Shown here: positions 17,691-22,661 of the stretch, one piece after another
Numbering within the stretch: position 1 is the stretch's first letter
How the letters are laid out: each line of letters begins with the position of its first letter
DNA from: Trichodesmium sp. jk18x7bins.61
Lineage (GTDB): Bacteria; Cyanobacteriota; Cyanobacteriia; Cyanobacteriales; Microcoleaceae
DNA: 22,661 bases
Direction: 5' to 3'
NCBI GenBank assembly: GCA_022822685.1
Contig: JAJEAQ010000152.1
Coordinates: forward strand, 1-22,661
Translations under genes and position numbers: made by a program
The notes under the pieces: model-generated
What the model was told of the DNA's origin: nothing
The model's database searches: none
What the model saw: only the letters and a program-made list of their open reading frames with translations

Positions 17691-18376
17691 AGGCGCTAGC
17701 AATGTGCTATTTTTTTGCTATGTTTTGCAGTTGTGTAGCAATTACGCTTTACGTTGCTCTGAAAAGTTGGCTGGGATTTTGCGAGTTATCTGCCTGTATG
17801 TTTTGCTTTTGAGCGGGGCGTTTTTATTACCTACACTATTATGTGGAGTCAATGAGATTTTGACGGCACCTGATTACCTGCTTAGTTTACCTCAATTTCT
17901 GCTATAGTGGATATTGTTTGCCTCCTACAACTACAGTATCATAGTTAAGCTAATTTTGATTCCTGCTTATACTTTAGAATTACAGGTTAGTTGGTTATTT
18001 GTATTCTTAGTTTTACTAGAGTTGACGTGGCCTGGAGTTACTTTGACAAAAATGAAAAGGCTCTTAGTGAGAAGTATAAAGTGGTTGCGTTATCCGCTGT
18101 TTTTTACTGGAGCGGGTAATATTTCGACTAAAAAAAGTTGGTTTATTGGGGTTATTGCTCTTGATATTGGTAGGTGTGTGGTATCAGCGGGTAGCTGATG
18201 GTTTGTTATTGGTGGCAATGAGTCAGGGAATATTGGCATTGCAGATGGTGGGAGTATTTTTAGTTTTGTCACTGGGAGTTATTTTTGTTACGGTCAGCTA
18301 TTCTTGATTCAAATGTTTAGAGTCTTGGTTATTTGCCACACAATCAAATTAAATTCCCGAAATTTATTCAGATTTA

Positions 18377-18430
18377 TATATAGCTTAATATATAGCTTAA
18401 TTTATAGCTTAATTTATAGCTTAATTTATC
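18377..18430. repeat. 12-nt tandem repeat (tatatagcttaa x2, tttatagcttaa x2, plus a partial unit)
   Basis: Read directly from the sequence. Confidence 0.65.
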
Positions 18431-18490
18431 TGCAAAAAGGAGAAGTATGATAATTAATATTATGTCGGCTTAATTACTGATAAAAAAAAC

Positions 18491-18520
18491 TTTGTTTGTC
18501 GTTGTGATGTAGCGCTAAAT
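18491..18520. repeat. Half-hairpin repeat tttgtttgtcgttgtgatgtagcgctaaat, same family as 19477-19537
   Basis: About 24 of 31 nt identical to the copy downstream of the Uma2 gene. Confidence 0.4.
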
Positions 18521-18701
18521 AATAACAATTTACTAAATGTAGGCTACAGCTATCAGATTCGGTGGGCAAATATTAAATTATCAATATTAATTGTAAATCA
18601 CCTTAGTATTTGCCCATCCTACTATCTCTCAATTTGTAACTTTTTCCCTATTCTTTCTTATAGTATATACTTAAAATACTGAGGTTTTGAGGAGATAAAA
18701 C

Positions 18702-19424
18702 ATGGCGACACCACTTTCTTTGTCCCAAACCGATTCCGAAATTGTTTATCCTGATACTGATGGCCAACCAATGGCAGATAATACAATTCAATTTCGTTGG
18801 ATTACAGTCATCCATTATAATTTAGCTTGGTTATTTGCAGATAATTCTGAAGTTTTTGTGGCTGGGGACTTACTTTGGTATCCAGTAGAAAATAATAATA
18901 AATTACGACAAGCACCTGATGTAATGGTAGTCTTTGGAGTGCCAAAAAAAGACCGAGGCTCTTATCAACAGTGGAAAGAAAATAACATCTCTCCACAAGT
19001 AGTATTTGAGATTCTTTCTCCAGGAAATACGCCTAAAGAAATGAATCGTAAACTATTATTTTATGACCGCTATGGAGTTGAAGAATATTATCTCTACGAT
19101 CCTCAAAAAAATAATTTGATAGGGTGGTTGCGTTCAGAATCTTTCCTAGAAATGGTTGATGAAATGAATGGTTTGGTTTCGCCCAGATTAGGTATTCGGT
19201 TTGAGCTAACAGCAGAAACATTAACCTTGTACCATCCTAATGAGCGAGCGTTTGCAGATTATATTGGAGTGCAACAACAACTAGAGGTTGCAGAAAATCT
19301 TGCCACTGTAGCTGAAGAACAACTACGACAAGAGCGTCGGGCTAGAGAAATTGCTGAAGAGCGTGCTAAAAAGTTAGAACAGCTATTGCGAGAAGCAGGT
19401 ATCGATCCCGATCACAATAGATAA
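18702..19424 (+). CDS. Uma2 family (DUF820) endonuclease-like protein with the characteristic C-terminal coiled-coil tail
   Basis: 240 aa. The tail ..EERAKKLEQLLREAGIDPD is typical of cyanobacterial Uma2 proteins. Confidence 0.82.
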   Translation: MATPLSLSQTDSEIVYPDTDGQPMADNTIQFRWITVIHYNLAWLFADNSEVFVAGDLLWYPVENNNKLRQAPDVMVVFGVPKKDRGSYQQWKENNISPQVVFEILSPGNTPKEMNRKLLFYDRYGVEEYYLYDPQKNNLIGWLRSESFLEMVDEMNGLVSPRLGIRFELTAETLTLYHPNERAFADYIGVQQQLEVAENLATVAEEQLRQERRAREIAEERAKKLEQLLREAGIDPDHNR

Positions 19425-19476
19425 TTTCATCCATTGGACACAACCTCCTAACCGCTTAATTACTGAGCAAAACATT

Positions 19477-19537
19477 TTTGTTTGTTTGTAGTTGCGATGT
19501 GGTGCAAAAATTTAGCTCTAAACTGCAACTATAAAGC
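19477..19537. repeat. Hairpin repeat ttgtttgtagttgcgatg...ctgcaactataaag
   Basis: gttcgtagttg family. Confidence 0.5.
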
Positions 19538-19660
19538 TCTATATATAAACCTGATAGCGGACATAATATTATTAGCTAATCGCCTCCTATATTTAAATTT
19601 TTCTAAGAATTTTATGCTCAAAGCAAAAACATTTCTGGATCTGACATTCTATAGTATATT

Positions 19661-20156
19661 TTGGGTCCGGAATCAGGCATTTTTAGGATGGGCCTATTTT
19701 TTATCTTACCAGTTATTGGCGTATATTTAATAGAAGGGACATTCTCAGGATTGAGCCCTCATCAATTTTTGATTACTTTCATTGGGATAGTAGCAGTTAC
19801 GACTATTTGTACTATTATCAGTGCGAGGTGTTTTCAAAAAAAAGCCTTTACAATTACTCCGTTTATTTTATGGTGTAGAAGCACCTCTATTTCTACTCTG
19901 TTTATTGCGTTTATTTGTGCTACGAGAACTTACCGAAGCTAGTACTTTAATTTTGGGCACAATATTGATCAGTATTGTCGCCTTTTTTCTGGAAATGCTA
20001 CATGGTTATAGTAATATAAATACCTTAATATCATGGTTACAAATGTTTGCCCACACCCTGATGTTATTAACTGGTTTATATGTGGGAGTATTACTACTAT
20101 TTTATGCTGTGCCAGTAGCTGCAATTTGCCGGCGAGAAGTTTTCTCATTTAACTAG
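19661..20156 (+). other. Hydrophobic multi-TM ORF fragments in alternating frames (19661-19942 and 19821-20156). Possibly a decayed integral membrane protein gene
   Basis: Several TM-helix-like segments, but no single open frame. A T-rich codon artefact cannot be excluded. Confidence 0.25.
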
Positions 20157-20177
20157 GTAGAAGTAGTTATTTATGAA

Positions 20178-21158
20178 TTGACTAACTATCCTCATTATTT
20201 CTGGGAAACACTCTTCTTCTTATTCATCTTTGGTTTTTCTTTAACTTTGTTTGTTTTGATGCCCTCAGCATTCGCGAGTTTATACATTTATTCTGGGCAA
20301 AGAATACTGAGAATGTTTGCTTCTGAACATGGACATAGAGCGACATTTCAAGGAGCTGTAGCTCTGATAGTTGCTTGGATGATTATGTTTATTTCATTTC
20401 AACAACAACCCCAAGCTTTAGCCTTTCAAATGTTAGATTTACCAATCAGAACTGATAGCGATCGCCAAGAACTTGTAGCCAATTCTGATTTAATTCGAAA
20501 TGGACTAATTAATGCCTATTTATCCTCATATCGTTATCTAAGTACAGCTGTCAAAAGTAACCAAATTAGCGTCATGTACAGAAGCACATTTGGTTTACCA
20601 GAATCTCTAAATCAATCATTACAAGATTACTTCAATCATCTCATTTCACCATTCTTATATCAAGGCTCTGCAAAAGATAGAGAAAAGGCCGGAAAACTCT
20701 ACAGTCAATTTTTCGATACACCTATTCAAAAAGAAGAACAAAAGGCAATTCTTAATGCCCTGCAATCCACAGCAAATCGAGATGAAGTGAAAGCAGGATT
20801 ATTGAATATTGAGCAGCAAAAAGTCTGGCTAAAAAAACAAGAAGTTAAAGTTACAGAGTATGGGGATTGGGCAGATCTTGAATTATATGAAGTCTATGAA
20901 AATCAAACCTTTGAGCCTCAAGAGCTACTCTATTATCTTATCCTCCCAGAAAGTGCAGTCATTACAGGTATTTGGTTAGGCGATACTGACAATTTAGAAA
21001 AACGTTTTCCGTTCCAAATTTCACTCCGTGGTGCAGCCCAAAAAGTCTACACTTCTCAAGTACGACGAGAACGCCCAATCGATCCGGCTTTGCTGGAAAA
21101 AGTCGGCCTTCGTCAGTATCGTTTGCGGGCATTTCCAGTGCCAGCTAAGTTGTCATAA
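20178..21158 (+). CDS. Membrane protein (two N-terminal TM helices) whose C-terminal part looks like a VIT (vault inter-alpha-trypsin) domain. Terminated by a TAA that is in frame with the next ORF
   Basis: EPQELLYYLILPESAVITGIWLGD resembles the VIT core (e.vY.FPLPe.AAV.gf). The frame continues after the TAA into ORF 21183. Confidence 0.45.
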   Translation: MTNYPHYFWETLFFLFIFGFSLTLFVLMPSAFASLYIYSGQRILRMFASEHGHRATFQGAVALIVAWMIMFISFQQQPQALAFQMLDLPIRTDSDRQELVANSDLIRNGLINAYLSSYRYLSTAVKSNQISVMYRSTFGLPESLNQSLQDYFNHLISPFLYQGSAKDREKAGKLYSQFFDTPIQKEEQKAILNALQSTANRDEVKAGLLNIEQQKVWLKKQEVKVTEYGDWADLELYEVYENQTFEPQELLYYLILPESAVITGIWLGDTDNLEKRFPFQISLRGAAQKVYTSQVRRERPIDPALLEKVGLRQYRLRAFPVPAKLS

Positions 21159-21182
21159 AATAATCCAGAGCCACCAACTCAA

Positions 21183-21673
21183 ATGCACTTGTGGTTAACT
21201 TATCAAGCAATGGCACAAGACAACAGTTGGGCTTTACCCCAGTTAACGGAAAAACGCAATATATATTGGAATCAAGATACTCAACGAATGTACAACGCGG
21301 AGTATGTTAGAAACTATCAAGAAGCATGGCTGCCTCCCAGTGTGCCTGCTATTGCTGACCAAATTCCACAACAACATCAGGTTAATTTTGTCAATGGCGA
21401 TCGGATTTATGCTCAACCCCTAGCAACTACAACAGAATTTTTACCAGAAAGCGAGGGATTTGTAGTAGTGCTAGATATTGCAGTATGAAATCTCAAAGCC
21501 AAGAGCTAAAACAGACTATAGAGTGGTTAATGGCTAATGGTTTTGGAGACCTGAGTTTTGCTAATGGTGATGCTGACTTATATTTGACTAATGTTGGGGT
21601 ATCACCCAGACGTATTGATGATATAAGTCAGTTTAATTCTGATCAAGTGGTCTTTTTCGGTACACTTCAATAA
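21183..21673 (+). pseudogene. Continuation fragments (21183-21488 and 21485-21673). A vWA-like start (GFVVVLDIA | SMKSQSQELKQTIEWL..) straddles a -1 frame junction at an ATGA overlap
   Basis: The pattern VLD-I-A-x-SM...K....K follows the vWA beta1/MIDAS region (vfvlDxSGSM). The two frames overlap by 4 nt. Confidence 0.38.
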
Positions 21674-21774
21674 AAAGAAATGCTGCAACAGTTTCTCCAA
21701 TTACGAGGCGCTACAATGGGATAATATTAGTTAGCGATAGAGGCAGTTATGAACTATCTGATAACAGCAAAGAG

Positions 21775-22385
21775 ATGCCAAACTTATCTGCACCTTTGTG
21801 GATGTTAAATTTGGGTGCAATGCCACCCGCTTATGATGATGCCACATTAAAATTGATTCAAAAGAATGGGAGAGGAGTCGGAACAAAATTTAGCGAAATT
21901 TTCCAGCATGTGACTGCCAAATCAAAATTAGGGGAGTCTGTTGTCAGTGTGGCAGACGGGTACGCTTGGTTTATGGAAAGAAATTCTTGTGAAGAAACAA
22001 CAGAAAATGATTTTGCACTTCTGGCCGCCCAACAGTTAGTTTTAGGGTTAAGCAAAAAATGAATTTGGAAACCCTCGATGAATTAGACGCTATTCATGCG
22101 ATCGCCAAAACCTACAAAATAGTTACCCCCTATTCTTCCATGATTGTCTTAGTTAACGACGAACAACGGGAAGCCCTCAGACTTGCAGAAGTAGCAACAG
22201 ATCGTTTTAACCGCAAAGTTGAAGATGGTAAGGAAAATTTGACCGCTCCTAATAACCCATTAAACTCTGTAACTGTACCCGAACCAGGTATGGTATGAGG
22301 AATGGTAGCAATGGAATTTTTCTTATTTATTATGGCAGTAAGCAAAAAAAAGAAAGAAGCAAATAAATACCGCAAAAAGTGGTAA
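21775..22385 (+). pseudogene. Distal fragments 21775-22062 and 22059-22298, then a PEP-CTERM-like tail (VPEPG-MV-TGA-GMVAMEFFLFIMAVS-KKKKEANKYRKKW) read through an in-frame TGA at 22296
   Basis: ATGA overlap at 22059. VVSVADG resembles vWA beta4 (vvllTDG). Architecture is P-E-P, then ~15 hydrophobic residues, then a basic tail. A 9-nt near-duplication (ggtatggta / ggaatggta) flanks the TGA. Confidence 0.33.
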
Positions 22386-22497
22386 ATATTAGGTGAATGA
22401 GCTGTTATGTATTTGAACTAAACTACAAAGTATGAGTATCTGGCTCGCACTTCATTAGTTTGACAATTTTGTTACAGAATTGCGGATTAAAAAAAAA

Positions 22498-22525
22498 TTG
22501 TTCGTAGTTGCGCTTTAGCGCTATC
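22498..22525. repeat. Short hairpin repeat ttgttcgtagttgcgctttagcgctatcc
   Basis: gttcgtagttg family. Confidence 0.4.
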
Positions 22526-22661
22526 CATAGCTATAGTATTTCCCAAGAAGCGTGAGGTACAATAGGAAAGCGATCGCCAATCCCAAGGAAACCCCTAAGC
22601 AAAAACATTTCTGAGTCACTGTGATGTATAGTAACAACAATGAATAAACCAGTTACGAATA

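Noticed and set aside
17116-17702. ORFs 17116-17301 (+) and 17442-17702 (-)
   Set aside because: Alternative-frame and antisense overlaps of the hydrolase gene.
6177-17907. Three in-frame TAG interruptions (6177, 11147, 17905) suggested amber suppression or stop-codon reassignment
   Set aside because: TAG is used as an ordinary terminator for well-conserved genes in the same window (pyrR at 1925, flotillin 1 at 8697). Three events is also too few to distinguish from chance.
18090-18272. 60-aa minus-strand ORF
   Set aside because: Antisense to the hydrophobic frame, with no features.
18808-19221. Minus-strand ORFs 18808-18996 and 19033-19221
   Set aside because: Antisense within the Uma2 gene.
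19482-19730. 82-aa plus-strand ORF
   Set aside because: It begins inside the hairpin repeat at 19477-19537. The remainder is the same hydrophobic, T-rich tract treated above as uncertain fragments.
21858-22375. Minus-strand ORFs 21858-22055 and 22130-22375
   Set aside because: Antisense to the co-directional plus-strand fragment series. The second overlaps the PEP-CTERM-like tail.
1-22661. Looked for a CRISPR array, tRNA or rRNA
   Set aside because: No regularly spaced direct repeats with unique spacers were found. The tandem repeats at 16162 and 18377 have no spacers. No cloverleaf or rRNA-like conserved blocks were recognised by eye.

Overview
Window character: filamentous-cyanobacterium-like chromosomal DNA (many HIP1 GCGATCGC sites, AT-rich intergenic spacers, dense small hairpin repeats). 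I could run no searches; all homology calls come from reading the ORF translations against remembered family motifs.

Contents on the minus strand, left to right:
- Remnants of two group II introns, one nested in the reverse-transcriptase ORF of the other (1-1188).
- A RimK-associated protease gene plus rimK (rimK carries a -1 frameshift in an A3/T3 run), and gcvT.
- Two flotillin (SPFH) paralogs; the second is preceded by two tandem NfeD-like genes.
- A small PLD/HKD-nuclease-like gene interrupted by an in-frame TAG.

Contents on the plus strand:
- pyrR.
- A 708-aa protein (possibly TIGR03032-like N-terminus, then TPR repeats, then a GT9-like glycosyltransferase domain). An upstream in-frame 47-codon extension is cut off by a TAG.
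- Two Uma2 (DUF820) endonucleases, a class I SAM methyltransferase, and a membrane-anchored alpha/beta hydrolase.
- A decayed cluster at 19.6-22.4 kb: multi-TM fragments followed by VIT-like and vWA-like pieces that end in a PEP-CTERM-like tail behind an in-frame TGA.

Non-coding content:
- Two copies of a ~150-170 bp MITE with 10-bp terminal inverted repeats. Copy A carries a nested 33-bp palindromic hairpin.
- At least eight copies of a hairpin repeat family (gttcgtagttggg ... cccaactacaaac), including a 45-nt direct duplicate pair.
- A 30-bp perfect palindrome, an IR-flanked 168-bp element with a GC-rich core, and two short tandem repeats.

No CRISPR array, tRNA or rRNA was seen. The recurring theme is gene decay: at least five loci are interrupted by frameshifts or in-frame stops. 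This fits either a genome under reductive evolution or consensus errors, and the two cannot be separated without read data.
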